The notes under the pieces are model-generated. The model had not been told where the DNA came from and made no database searches. It saw nothing but the letters and a program-made list of their open reading frames with translations. Below, in pieces: positions 19,569 to 29,071 of a stretch of DNA of 64,000 nt. Positions within the stretch are counted from its first letter, which is position 1. Each line of letters starts with the position of its first letter. Both the position numbers and the translations under genes were made by a program. Origin of the DNA: Candidatus Eremiobacteria bacterium (GTDB lineage: Bacteria > Vulcanimicrobiota > Vulcanimicrobiia > Vulcanimicrobiales > Vulcanimicrobiaceae); NCBI GenBank assembly GCA_963737065.1, contig CAVTRC010000001.1, forward strand, positions 1,984,001-2,048,000. The letters are read 5' to 3'.

Positions 19569-21340
19569 TGTCCGATGACCTGCACCGTCGTCTGCGGCGC
19601 CCAGCGGAGATTGCCGTAGTTGAAATAGTACGACCGTGATATATCGAAGACGACGTGCGGCATAGCGAGAAAACGGATCTCGGGCGTGATGTTGTTCGGC
19701 GGTTGTCCGAGGAAATTCTGATACTGCGGCAATCCGAGATTGTTCAGCGGCGGAAGCGGATAGAGGCCGGGATACGGAATCGGAAAGTCTTGATGGTGCT
19801 GGTACGTCAGCGTCGCGATCAGATTCGCATTTGCGGAGTAATTAGCGCCGGCGGCGAACGTGCGAAGTGTTGAAACGCCGCGGAACGCAAGGATACTGTA
19901 CACCGGGACACCGTCAATGACGGGCGGTGTGTCGGGAGCGGAATAGCCGCTGTGCCGATAGTAGTCTCCAGTGTTCGCGACGCTGTACGATACGTACGCG
20001 TTGACGTCACGACTGAACTGACGGCTTATGCTTCCCACCGTGTTGTCGACGACCGTGTAGTGAGGAACCGAGAACCATTGGTACTGCTTCGTATAGGTCG
20101 CGTTGAAAGAATACGTGCGATAGGTGTTGTCCCGATCCCCGATTTTTACGCCCGGAAGATAAAAGGTCCAGCCGACGTTGTGATTCCAAATCGTCGTGTA
20201 GTTGTAACCGCCGTACCGCTGCAAACCGAACGCGTCGTGATTGAATCCGATGCCGTAAGAGACGTTTTCGTAAAACGGTGTTTTGCCGATGCGATGATTG
20301 AACGACGTCGCGGTCAGTTGGAGCTGCGTCGGATGATTCACCTCCGCGGACTGTCCGGGGCCGATGAGATTGTAGTTGACGAGGCTCGCCGTTGCTTGAA
20401 TGAACGACTGAGACAATGCTTGCGTGGCGGTGATCGAACTCCACGTCGATGCCGCGGATGGCCGTTGCAACCAGTGAGGCTGGTCGAGATACAGTTGCGA
20501 AAACGTATTGATTTGAAATCGTTGCCCGATCCGCTGATCTAAAACGACGTTCCAAAAACGTTGCTGCTTCGTTCCGGGGTTGACGGAGACGACAGCGTAG
20601 CCGTGAGGTCCGGCGAAATGTTGCTCGAACGATGCATAGAGGCCGTTTGCCTGATCCGAACGGAAGTGAAGCGCGCTGATGGAGTTATTGTTTCCCGCGA
20701 ACTGATACGTCAGGTCCAAGTTTGCACCGGAGAGAGAGTTCACCGCGAGATCCGGATCCGCGCCGAAATAGACATAGTACGACGGCAACGGGGCGCCCAC
20801 GCCGAAGATGTACGACTTCACGGCTTCAAAGCGGACGTATGATTTCTCGCCGATTGTCGCGGATTTCGCGACGAGGCTCACTTTGCTCGAACGCAAGTCG
20901 GGAAAGTAAAAGGCGTCGCCAGGCATTTCCCGGCCCTTCAATGGATGAGTGAAGTTGCCGTTTTCGTAGGTCCACCGGTCCGGTTTCTCAATCACCGGCA
21001 GAAAGTAGATACGTTTGAAGTCGAGGAAGTCCGCAATTGCCGCGCCATCGAGGTTGCCCTCCCGGCTTTTCAAATGTACGTTGCTCGCAATTACGAACCG
21101 GTTCAATTTCAGATCCATCGAAAACGTATCGCCGGTAACGGTAGCGCCGTCGCTCGTCGTGACCTGAACGTTTCCGTCCGCTTCGACCAAGTAGCGATCG
21201 TAGTAAAACGCGATGCGGTCGGCGTGCAGGCGAACGACCGTTACAGGCTCCATGCGGCTAACGAGTGCGAAACTACGATCCGTTGTAGCCGCCCAAAACA
21301 TGAGAACGAAGAGCGCGATCAGCGGCGATTTTTGTCGCAA
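19565..21340 (-). CDS. putative outer-membrane protein, LptD/OstA-like N-terminus plus aromatic-rich beta-strand region
   Basis: Signal-like segment after TTG 21340 (ORF open to 21412); LHADRIAFYYD..VEADGNVQV..TVTGDTFSMDL is OstA-like; alternating Y/F-rich strands downstream. Confidence 0.55.
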   Translation of the reverse strand: MRQKSPLIALFVLMFWAATTDRSFALVSRMEPVTVVRLHADRIAFYYDRYLVEADGNVQVTTSDGATVTGDTFSMDLKLNRFVIASNVHLKSREGNLDGAAIADFLDFKRIYFLPVIEKPDRWTYENGNFTHPLKGREMPGDAFYFPDLRSSKVSLVAKSATIGEKSYVRFEAVKSYIFGVGAPLPSYYVYFGADPDLAVNSLSGANLDLTYQFAGNNNSISALHFRSDQANGLYASFEQHFAGPHGYAVVSVNPGTKQQRFWNVVLDQRIGQRFQINTFSQLYLDQPHWLQRPSAASTWSSITATQALSQSFIQATASLVNYNLIGPGQSAEVNHPTQLQLTATSFNHRIGKTPFYENVSYGIGFNHDAFGLQRYGGYNYTTIWNHNVGWTFYLPGVKIGDRDNTYRTYSFNATYTKQYQWFSVPHYTVVDNTVGSISRQFSRDVNAYVSYSVANTGDYYRHSGYSAPDTPPVIDGVPVYSILAFRGVSTLRTFAAGANYSANANLIATLTYQHHQDFPIPYPGLYPLPPLNNLGLPQYQNFLGQPPNNITPEIRFLAMPHVVFDISRSYYFNYGNLRWAPQTTVQVIGQ

Positions 21341-21492
21341 ATAAAGCTTTCCGGGCGATGCGAGAAATCGAGCGTGGTTTTCGTAACGCGCGGCGAGTCT
21401 CATGCTCAGCATCGCGTTGCAGTGCTCAGCGCGACGTATCGCAAGGGATGAGTGGCTTTTGCAAAGGCAGAAAAGCAGTCGCGAACATACGT

Positions 21493-22608
21493 ATGCGTGT
21501 TATTACGATCGTTTTAGATTCGGGCGGCGTCGGCGCGTTGCCCGATTATGTTGACTATGCCGACGCGCCGGGCGCGAACACGCTCGGCAATGTCGCGCGT
21601 GCCGTCGGCGGCCTTTCGCTCCCGAATCTGCGGCGACTGGGGCTCGGCCATGTCACTCGCATTGAAGGCGTGTCTTCGGCCGACCCTCCCGCCGCTCGGG
21701 TTGGTAAACTTCGCGAGCGCAGCCGCGGGAAGGACACGATCACCGGGCATTGGGAGATGGCCGGGATTATCACGGCCGAGCCGTTTCCGACCTATCCCAA
21801 TGGCTTTCCGCCGGACGTTATCGAAGCGTTCGCTCGCATCACAGGGAAAGCGCCGCTTGGAAACATGCCGGCGTCCGGAACGCAGATCATCGACGAGCTC
21901 GGGGGCGAGCATGTCGCGAGCGGCCGGCCGATACTCTACACGTCCGCCGACTCGGTGTTTCAGGTAGCCGCGCATGAAGAGGTCGTTCCTCTAACGGTTC
22001 TGTACGATTGGTGCGAGCAGGCACGTGGAATGCTCGTCGCGCCGAATAACGTTAACCGGGTCATCGCACGGCCATTTGTCGGAAAGCCCGGTTCGTTTTC
22101 ACGTACGCCGAACCGGCGTGACTACGCGACCGAACCGCCGCCCAACCTGCTCGACCGTCTGGCAGCCGCCGGCGTCGGCGTGCACGCGGTCGGAAAAATC
22201 TGCGACGTGTATTGCGGACGTGGAATCGCGTCGTCCGTCCGGGTGGTCGACAATCGTGACGCGATGGAAAAGACCTTCGAGCTGTTAGATCGAGTTGACC
22301 GCGGATTCATCTTTACGAACCTCAATGACTTTGATTCGAAATACGGTCATCGGCGCGACGTTCGCGGATATGCGGACGCGTTGCAAGCGCTGGATGGTCT
22401 CATCCCGCGGTTGGAAGCGTTGCTGCGCACGGGCGATCAGGTGATTTTCACCGCCGATCACGGCTGCGATCCCACCGCGCCCGGTACCGATCATACGCGC
22501 GAGTATGTCCCGTTCATTCACATTGGCCGGCAAGGGGGCCAGGTTCTCGGTGAGATGGAAGGTTTAGATACAGTAGGTCGTACCGTGGTGGACGCGTTTA
22601 ACGGGTGA
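21493..22608 (+). CDS. deoB: phosphopentomutase
   Basis: IVLDSGGVG, GKDTITGHWE, YTSADSVFQVAAHE, RVIARPF, FDSKYGHRRD, TADHGCDP, DHTREYVP. Confidence 0.95.
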   Translation: MRVITIVLDSGGVGALPDYVDYADAPGANTLGNVARAVGGLSLPNLRRLGLGHVTRIEGVSSADPPAARVGKLRERSRGKDTITGHWEMAGIITAEPFPTYPNGFPPDVIEAFARITGKAPLGNMPASGTQIIDELGGEHVASGRPILYTSADSVFQVAAHEEVVPLTVLYDWCEQARGMLVAPNNVNRVIARPFVGKPGSFSRTPNRRDYATEPPPNLLDRLAAAGVGVHAVGKICDVYCGRGIASSVRVVDNRDAMEKTFELLDRVDRGFIFTNLNDFDSKYGHRRDVRGYADALQALDGLIPRLEALLRTGDQVIFTADHGCDPTAPGTDHTREYVPFIHIGRQGGQVLGEMEGLDTVGRTVVDAFNG

Positions 22609-23252
22609 GCATGCAAGCAACGATCCGTATCTCCGAGCGCTCCGTTCCCGCATCATGGTGGAGCATCAAGCGTGCGATGGATGTCGTCCTCGGCATCGCG
22701 TTCTTCATTATAGCGATGCCGGTGATTGCGCTCGCGGCACTCGGAATTCTCTTCGTCACCGGCGGGTCACCGTTTTTCGCGCAAGAGCGGGTCGGTCAAT
22801 ACGGGCGTCGCTTCAAGATGTACAAGCTTCGCACGATGGTTCGCAATGCGCACGAACTCCGCGATCGATACATGCATCTCAATGAAGTCAACGGGCCGGT
22901 TTTCAAAATCCGCAACGACCCGCGATTGCACCCTCTCGGCGGGTTTCTGCGCCGCACGAGCATCGACGAGCTTCCGAACTTGCTAAACGTTATTTTCGGC
23001 GATATATCGCTCGTCGGACCGCGTCCCGCGCTTCCGTGCGAAATCGATCATTACGACTCCTATTCGCGACGGCGCTTGCTGGTGCCGCAAGGCGTTACGT
23101 GCTTTTGGCAGATCAATGGGCGAAGCGACGTTTCGTTCGAGCACTGGATGGAACTCGACAATCGATACGTCGACACGTGGACGCCGCTTACCGATCTCGT
23201 GATCCTCGCGAAGACGATTCCGGCAGTGGTTCGAAAGGACGGAGCTCATTAA
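22605..23252 (+). CDS. priming phosphoglycosyl (sugar) transferase, bacterial sugar transferase family
   Basis: IKRAMDV, FFAQERVG, FKMYKLRTM, NDPR, LRRTSIDELP, SLVGPRP, WQINGRS. Confidence 0.92.
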   Translation: MSMQATIRISERSVPASWWSIKRAMDVVLGIAFFIIAMPVIALAALGILFVTGGSPFFAQERVGQYGRRFKMYKLRTMVRNAHELRDRYMHLNEVNGPVFKIRNDPRLHPLGGFLRRTSIDELPNLLNVIFGDISLVGPRPALPCEIDHYDSYSRRRLLVPQGVTCFWQINGRSDVSFEHWMELDNRYVDTWTPLTDLVILAKTIPAVVRKDGAH

Positions 23253-23328
23253 GCCGCAACTTCGCGTCATTTCGGCGGCGAGGTCGAGCCACAAGCATCA
23301 TGCTTTAGCGGGCTCGACGCTTTTCGTA

Positions 23329-24873
23329 ATGGGCGCCACGCTCGCCTCAACGATCCTTGGTTTCTTGCGAGAAGTCGTCAACGCACGTTTCTACGGCACG
23401 CGCTGGGAAATGGATACATTTCTGGCGGCGGCGACGATCCCGACAATTTTGTTCGGTGTGTTCAATGGCGCGCTCGTCAGTGCGCTCGTGCCGGTATTCT
23501 CGGAATACATCACGCACGGGCGAGACGATGACGCCTGGCGGCTCTGTAATACGATCATCAACCTGCTTGCGATTATCCTCACCGCGTGCGCCATAGCGGG
23601 CTGGATATTCGCGCCGTACTACGTGCCGTTCATCGCACACGGTTTTCCGAGCCCGCAGATGGGCGTCGCGGTTCACATGACGCGTGAACTGATGCCGAGC
23701 ATCGTGGCGGTGAGTCTCAGCGGCGTGCTTGCCGCGATGCTGAACGCCTACCACCGATTCCGTGCGGCATCGATGATCGGTGTCGCGATCAACGTTGTAA
23801 CGATTGCCGGCGTAATGTTGCTCAATCACCAGTACGGCATCTTCGCGCTCGTGTACGGAACCTTGTGGGGGCTTTTCGCGCAGCTCATCGTTCAGCTTCC
23901 GTCGTTCGTGCGGATGGGCCGCTATCGTCCGACGATCGATCTGCGCCATCCCGGCTTAGCCAAAATTTGGACGCTGCTCGGGCCGATCATCATCGGCAGC
24001 GCCGCGGGGCAGCTCGCGATGTTCTTCGACCGTTTCTTCGCATCAACGTTGCCGCCGGGATATATGGCGGGCATCAACTACGCGACGAAGCTCGTCGGCT
24101 TTCCGCAGCAAATTTTCGCGGCCGCGATCGCAACCGTTATCTTCCCTTTGCTTGCGGCCGAGTTTGCTCGCGACAATCGTCGCGGTGTGGCCCGATCGGC
24201 CGTCACCGGCTTGCGCCTGGTGAATTTCATCACGATCCCGTCGGTCTGCGCGTTGATGGTACTCGCGCGTCCGATGATTCAGACGCTCTTCGAACGCGGT
24301 ACGTTCGGACCCGAAGCGACGGACCTTACCGCGAAGCTCCTCCCGTACGCGGCGGTCGGTCTCGTTGCGCTTGCTGCGAACGTCGTACTGACCCGCTGCT
24401 GCTTTGCTTGCAAAGAGACCGGCATTCCGGTAGCGATCTCGATCATCACCGTGGTGCTGAACGTGCTGCTTTCGATGCTTTGGTTGCCGTCGCTCGGCGG
24501 CCGAGGCCTGTTGCTCGCGAACAGCATCAGCCAAATGTTCCAAGCCGTTCTGTTGCTCGCGCTCGTCGCCCGGCTCGTGCGTGGAATCGATTGGGGCGCA
24601 TTGGCCTCATCCGTATTCAAGATCGCCGTTGCCTCGTTCGCCATGTACGCGGCGCTGCAGTGGATTCGCGCGCTGGGCGTGCACGTCGAAGACAACTTTG
24701 CGTCGCGATTCTGGTATCTCTTCGGTCAAATTACGATCGGTGGGGCTGTCTTCGTTGCCGTCGCACGCGTGCTCGACGTGGAAGAACTCGACCTCGCTTG
24801 GAAAACGATCGTCGCCAAGTTCGAAAAGCATATTATCCCGCCGCCGGAGAATCGCGATGCACCGATCGCGTAA
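23329..24873 (+). CDS. murJ: lipid II flippase MurJ/MviN (true start probably upstream)
   Basis: STILGFLRE, IPTILF, GALVSALVPVFS, DRFFAS, YATKLVGFPQ, LFERGTF. Confidence 0.88.
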   Translation: MGATLASTILGFLREVVNARFYGTRWEMDTFLAAATIPTILFGVFNGALVSALVPVFSEYITHGRDDDAWRLCNTIINLLAIILTACAIAGWIFAPYYVPFIAHGFPSPQMGVAVHMTRELMPSIVAVSLSGVLAAMLNAYHRFRAASMIGVAINVVTIAGVMLLNHQYGIFALVYGTLWGLFAQLIVQLPSFVRMGRYRPTIDLRHPGLAKIWTLLGPIIIGSAAGQLAMFFDRFFASTLPPGYMAGINYATKLVGFPQQIFAAAIATVIFPLLAAEFARDNRRGVARSAVTGLRLVNFITIPSVCALMVLARPMIQTLFERGTFGPEATDLTAKLLPYAAVGLVALAANVVLTRCCFACKETGIPVAISIITVVLNVLLSMLWLPSLGGRGLLLANSISQMFQAVLLLALVARLVRGIDWGALASSVFKIAVASFAMYAALQWIRALGVHVEDNFASRFWYLFGQITIGGAVFVAVARVLDVEELDLAWKTIVAKFEKHIIPPPENRDAPIA

Positions 24874-24880
24874 CGACCTG

Positions 24881-25723
24881 ATGCAGAATGAGACGACTCT
24901 TCCGTCGATGGTGCCCGGCAAAGTGAGCATTCTAATGCCGGCGTACAACGAATCGGAGACTATTGCGAGGAATCTTCGCGAAGTCGTAGCCACGTTCTAC
25001 GCGGTCCATACAGATTTCGAAGTGATCCTCATCGACGACGGTAGTCCCGATCGGACGTACCTTCATGCGGTTCGCGTCCTGAGCGAGCATCCGGAATTCG
25101 TGCGCGTGGTGCGGTACGACCAAAACCTCGGAAAAGGCAATGCGTTGATCACCGGCGCCGCGTGTGCGCGAGGCGAGTACATCGTCTTTCTGGATGCCGA
25201 CATGGATCTCCATCCCTCGCAGCTTCCGGAGTTCTTCCGGGTCATGGAGCGCACGGGCGCGGACGCCGTGATCGGTTCAAAGCACCACCCGAAGTCGGAC
25301 GTGCACTATCCGGCGCTGCGCCGTGTCTACAGTCTCGTGTATTTCATGTTCATACGTGTGCTCTTCGGTTTACCGCTACGCGACACGCAGACCGGGCTGA
25401 AGCTTTTCAAGAAATCGGTGCTCGCAGACGTCTTTCCGCGCGTGCTTGCAAAGCGGTTCGCGTTCGACATCGAACTTCTCGCGGTAGCAAACAACTTAGG
25501 CTACAAAGTCGTCGATGCGCCGGTTCACCTCGATTTCCGCCGGACGTTGAATCGAATTAGAGCAAACGATGTATGGCGGCTTTTCTTGGATACGCTTGCG
25601 ATTTTTTACCGGCTTCGTATTCTACGTTACTATGACGAAACACACGACTTCTCGTTGCGCGACGTTATGACGGCGCATCGTGAGATGTGTCCGGACGACC
25701 TCGTCTTAGCTCAGAAGGATTAA
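24881..25723 (+). CDS. GT2 glycosyltransferase, DPM1/ALG5-like polyprenyl-phosphate sugar synthase
   Basis: VSILMPAYNE, IDDGSPD, NLGKG, FLDADMD, RDTQTGLKLF, FAFDIELL. Confidence 0.85.
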   Translation: MQNETTLPSMVPGKVSILMPAYNESETIARNLREVVATFYAVHTDFEVILIDDGSPDRTYLHAVRVLSEHPEFVRVVRYDQNLGKGNALITGAACARGEYIVFLDADMDLHPSQLPEFFRVMERTGADAVIGSKHHPKSDVHYPALRRVYSLVYFMFIRVLFGLPLRDTQTGLKLFKKSVLADVFPRVLAKRFAFDIELLAVANNLGYKVVDAPVHLDFRRTLNRIRANDVWRLFLDTLAIFYRLRILRYYDETHDFSLRDVMTAHREMCPDDLVLAQKD

Positions 25724-25732
25724 CACCGCCAA

Positions 25733-26812
25733 GTGCCCCGAGCGCAACGACCGAAGGCTGCATTAGTTTGCCTTTTGCCGGGACTCGGCGACGCGCTGAT
25801 CGCGAGTCCCGTCGGGCGTGCGCTGCGCGACTCGGGATACGCCGTGGATGCATTGACGATGCTTCGACCGGTCGCCGAATACGCGCGGGATGTCGGATTG
25901 TTTCGTTCGGTGATCGATTTGCCGCTTCTGGAAAGTGCCGGAGGCGTTCGTTCTCTGCTTGCACTTCGAAGAACGCGGTATGACGTCGTCATCGTTCCGG
26001 CACCTGCCGCGCGGTGGCAGTATGCGGCCGTTGCGTTCGTCATCGGTGGGCGACGGACGTTCGTTCATCGGTATGGTGGCGCATGCAGTTTCATCGCGCG
26101 ACTGGGTCACATGACGGAGGTTGCGCTCTGCGGCGGCCACCGCATCGCAGAAAACCTTCGACTGTTGGATGCGCTCGAGATTCAACGCGGTAGCTCGACG
26201 TATGAGGTTCCCGCATCCTGGCGCGCCGCGCGGCGGCGCTCGAACCTCGTGGGCTTCCACGCGGGAAGCATGCGCTACAAAGGGAACGAGACGAAGCGTT
26301 GGCCCTTGGATCGGTTCGCCGCCGTGGCAAAGGAACAATATGAGCGCGGACGCCAAGTTCGTGCTTTTTTCGGCCCGAGCGAATTGGAAGACGCGCGATC
26401 GCTCAAAGAGATGGTTCCGCACATTGAGATTGTCGAGCGGCCGCTGCACGACGCCGCGCGTTTGCTGGACGAGTGTTCGGTGTTCGTCGGAAACGATAGT
26501 GGTCTCACGCATTTGGCCGCCGGGTTAGGCGTGCCGGTCATTACGATCTTCGGCATGACGGATCCGACGCGGGTTGCACCGATCGGACCATCGGTCGTCG
26601 TACGCCCCTCGGACTGCCCGCCCTGTTTTGACGAAGGTCTGCGGACCTTTTCGTGTGTGCGAAACATTGGTTATCGATGCATTCGCGACGATATCGCCGT
26701 TGAAGACGTGAATTCAGCGATCGATACGGCAATGGAGACCGCCCCCGGTCATCGCAAGATCGTTGAACGAGGATCGTTTCGCCTTTACGGCCGGCTTCGA
26801 CCGGCAACGTGA
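25733..26812 (+). CDS. GT9 glycosyltransferase (heptosyltransferase-like)
   Basis: GLGDALIASP, HAGS..KRWP, GNDSGLTHLAAGLG, IFGMT, C-terminal CPPC..C..C. Confidence 0.85.
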   Translation: MPRAQRPKAALVCLLPGLGDALIASPVGRALRDSGYAVDALTMLRPVAEYARDVGLFRSVIDLPLLESAGGVRSLLALRRTRYDVVIVPAPAARWQYAAVAFVIGGRRTFVHRYGGACSFIARLGHMTEVALCGGHRIAENLRLLDALEIQRGSSTYEVPASWRAARRRSNLVGFHAGSMRYKGNETKRWPLDRFAAVAKEQYERGRQVRAFFGPSELEDARSLKEMVPHIEIVERPLHDAARLLDECSVFVGNDSGLTHLAAGLGVPVITIFGMTDPTRVAPIGPSVVVRPSDCPPCFDEGLRTFSCVRNIGYRCIRDDIAVEDVNSAIDTAMETAPGHRKIVERGSFRLYGRLRPAT

Positions 26813-27951
26813 TGCCGCCGAAAAAACGTATCGGAATTCTGGTAAATTCCTACCGGAGCAATGTCGGCTTGGCTGCCGGCGGCCACGTGCATTTCATTGA
26901 AGTTGCTAAACGTTGGAGCGACGTTGACGTCACGATTTTTGCGCCAAAGGACGCAGAAACGGACATTCGCGCGGTCTTACCGTCGGCGCGCTTTGTCGCG
27001 ATCCCGGAGATCAAAACGCCGCACTGGCGTCTCGATCAGCTCGTCCGAATGTTCGGCGGCCTGAAGTTGCGATCTCACCTGCGTTCAATGGATGCGATTC
27101 TTTGCACGTCACATTTCCTCGCCGACGTCGTCGCCGCAGTGGCGGCTCGCCCGTCGCGCACGGCCGTTACGCTGCATCACATGATCGAGCCACCGTGGAA
27201 GCGGCATGGTTCTGTCTTTGCGAACGCGGTCGCTTGGGCGAGCCAGGCAGCATCGCTCCTCCTCGCAAAAGCGTTCATTCGCCGCTACATTTTCGACTGC
27301 CGCTACGTCGTCGAAACCTCTCGCTGGGCCACCGGCCGCGCTCAATGCTACGTCAGCACGAATGGCGTGAGCGGGTCGAACGAGCCTGCGACCGAGTTTG
27401 CCGGCCGACGTGACGCAATTTATTTTGGCCGTCTCGATCCGATGAAACGCGTCGAAGACGCAATACAAGCGTGGGCGTCACTGCCGAGCGCGTATGCCGC
27501 GCAGCACCTGCACATTGCCGGGCAAGGCACTGCGGCGTATCAACAGAAGCTCGAAGACTTGGTGGATGACCTGGGCGTGAAAGAACGCGTCATTTTTCAC
27601 GGCAGAGTAGACAATGCGAAGAAATGGCAGTTGCTTCGCTCATGCGCGCTGTATCTGTTTCCAAGTTCTGAGGAGGGTTGGGGCATCTCGGTCGCGGAGG
27701 CGATGTGGGCGGGCTTGCCGTGCGTTACGTACGATTTGCCGGTTTTTCGCCAGCTATTCTATCGCGGACGGCGTTTCGTACCAGTCGGCGACGTTCGCGG
27801 CTTGTCATTGCACTGCGCCGAGTTGTTGGGCGATGAAGGTCTGCGCGTGCGCCTGGCTCGCGACGCGGCCGAACTTGCTCGAACGTTCTCGTGGGACCGT
27901 GCCGCCGACATTGAGCTCGGAGCTTTGAATTTCGAAGATTCCCGTGCCTAA
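26809..27951 (+). CDS. GT4 glycosyltransferase
   Basis: YFGRLDPMKR, FPSSEEGWGISVAEAM. Confidence 0.88.
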   Translation: MMPPKKRIGILVNSYRSNVGLAAGGHVHFIEVAKRWSDVDVTIFAPKDAETDIRAVLPSARFVAIPEIKTPHWRLDQLVRMFGGLKLRSHLRSMDAILCTSHFLADVVAAVAARPSRTAVTLHHMIEPPWKRHGSVFANAVAWASQAASLLLAKAFIRRYIFDCRYVVETSRWATGRAQCYVSTNGVSGSNEPATEFAGRRDAIYFGRLDPMKRVEDAIQAWASLPSAYAAQHLHIAGQGTAAYQQKLEDLVDDLGVKERVIFHGRVDNAKKWQLLRSCALYLFPSSEEGWGISVAEAMWAGLPCVTYDLPVFRQLFYRGRRFVPVGDVRGLSLHCAELLGDEGLRVRLARDAAELARTFSWDRAADIELGALNFEDSRA

Positions 27952-29071
27952 CGCGCCTCTGCGTATCGGTATCATCGCAAATAGCGTCGATTCCTTCGCT
28001 CTCGATCGTGCGGGCGGCTTCGTTCACCTCGTAGAGACGGCAAAGCGATGGAACGGTGTGCGGCTCGTCGTGATGGCGCCGACGAGCGCCGAATACCTCT
28101 TTCGCCGGTATCTGCACGTCGATCGATTCATTGCTATCCCGGATTTTGGGAACGGCGCAAGCGCGGTTTCGCAGTTGCTGCGTGCTGCAGCAAGCGTTGC
28201 GGCGGTGAAAAAGCTGCGCACCACCTGCGACGTCGTAATGGCGATGTCGCACTCAATCCCCGACGCGTTACCCGCTGTTCTTTTCGGAAGATCGCGCGCT
28301 GCCGCTCAGTTTTGGCATTTCATCGGGAACCCGCTTTCGAGACCAGGCAGCGTGCTTCGCAATCTCCTGGCGTTTGCAAACGAAGTCGTCGGCCGGAGCC
28401 TCGCGCAATTATGTCGCTGCTATATCGTAGGCAGCCCCTATCTCTTACGTGAGATGCGCGTAAACAACCGGCCCTACACGTATGTAACGACGAACGGCGT
28501 CGACGAGCAACTGCCAGGGGTCCAGCAGATCGGTGAAGGCGCAATGTTTGTCGGGCGCCTTCACCCGGCGAAAGGCGTTGACGAACTCCTCGATGCATGG
28601 CGGATTGTCCACACGGCGCTTCCGCGCGAGCGCCTCACGATCGTCGGACGCGGCCTTCCCCAATTTCGCGCGCAGCTCGAACGTACGATTGATGAATATG
28701 CACTTCGCGATGTCGTGACCATTCGCGACGACGTGTCGAACGATGAAAAACTGAGGCTGCTTTCGAGCGCGCGGGTGTTCGTGTTCCCGAGTAAAGAAGA
28801 GGGCTGGGGAATCGCGTTAGCGGAGGCTATGGCGTCCGGGCTTCCCTGCGTTACGTACGAACTTCCGCCGTTTGCAGAAATCTTTCCCGGAGGACGCGTG
28901 TCGACCCATATCGGCGACGTGAACGGATTCGCGGCGAACGTGATTAACGTCTTACAAGACGCGTCTTTGCGCGAAAAGTTAAGCAAAGAGGCGCTCTTGC
29001 AAGCGCGCCGCTTCACTTGGCAGCGTGCGGCAGAAATCGAGCTGCGCGCGTTGCGCGAGATTGCGCCGTAA
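27944..29071 (+). CDS. GT4 glycosyltransferase (paralog of upstream gene)
   Basis: FVGRLHPAKG, FPSKEEGWGIALAEAM. Confidence 0.88.
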   Translation: MPNAPLRIGIIANSVDSFALDRAGGFVHLVETAKRWNGVRLVVMAPTSAEYLFRRYLHVDRFIAIPDFGNGASAVSQLLRAAASVAAVKKLRTTCDVVMAMSHSIPDALPAVLFGRSRAAAQFWHFIGNPLSRPGSVLRNLLAFANEVVGRSLAQLCRCYIVGSPYLLREMRVNNRPYTYVTTNGVDEQLPGVQQIGEGAMFVGRLHPAKGVDELLDAWRIVHTALPRERLTIVGRGLPQFRAQLERTIDEYALRDVVTIRDDVSNDEKLRLLSSARVFVFPSKEEGWGIALAEAMASGLPCVTYELPPFAEIFPGGRVSTHIGDVNGFAANVINVLQDASLREKLSKEALLQARRFTWQRAAEIELRALREIAP

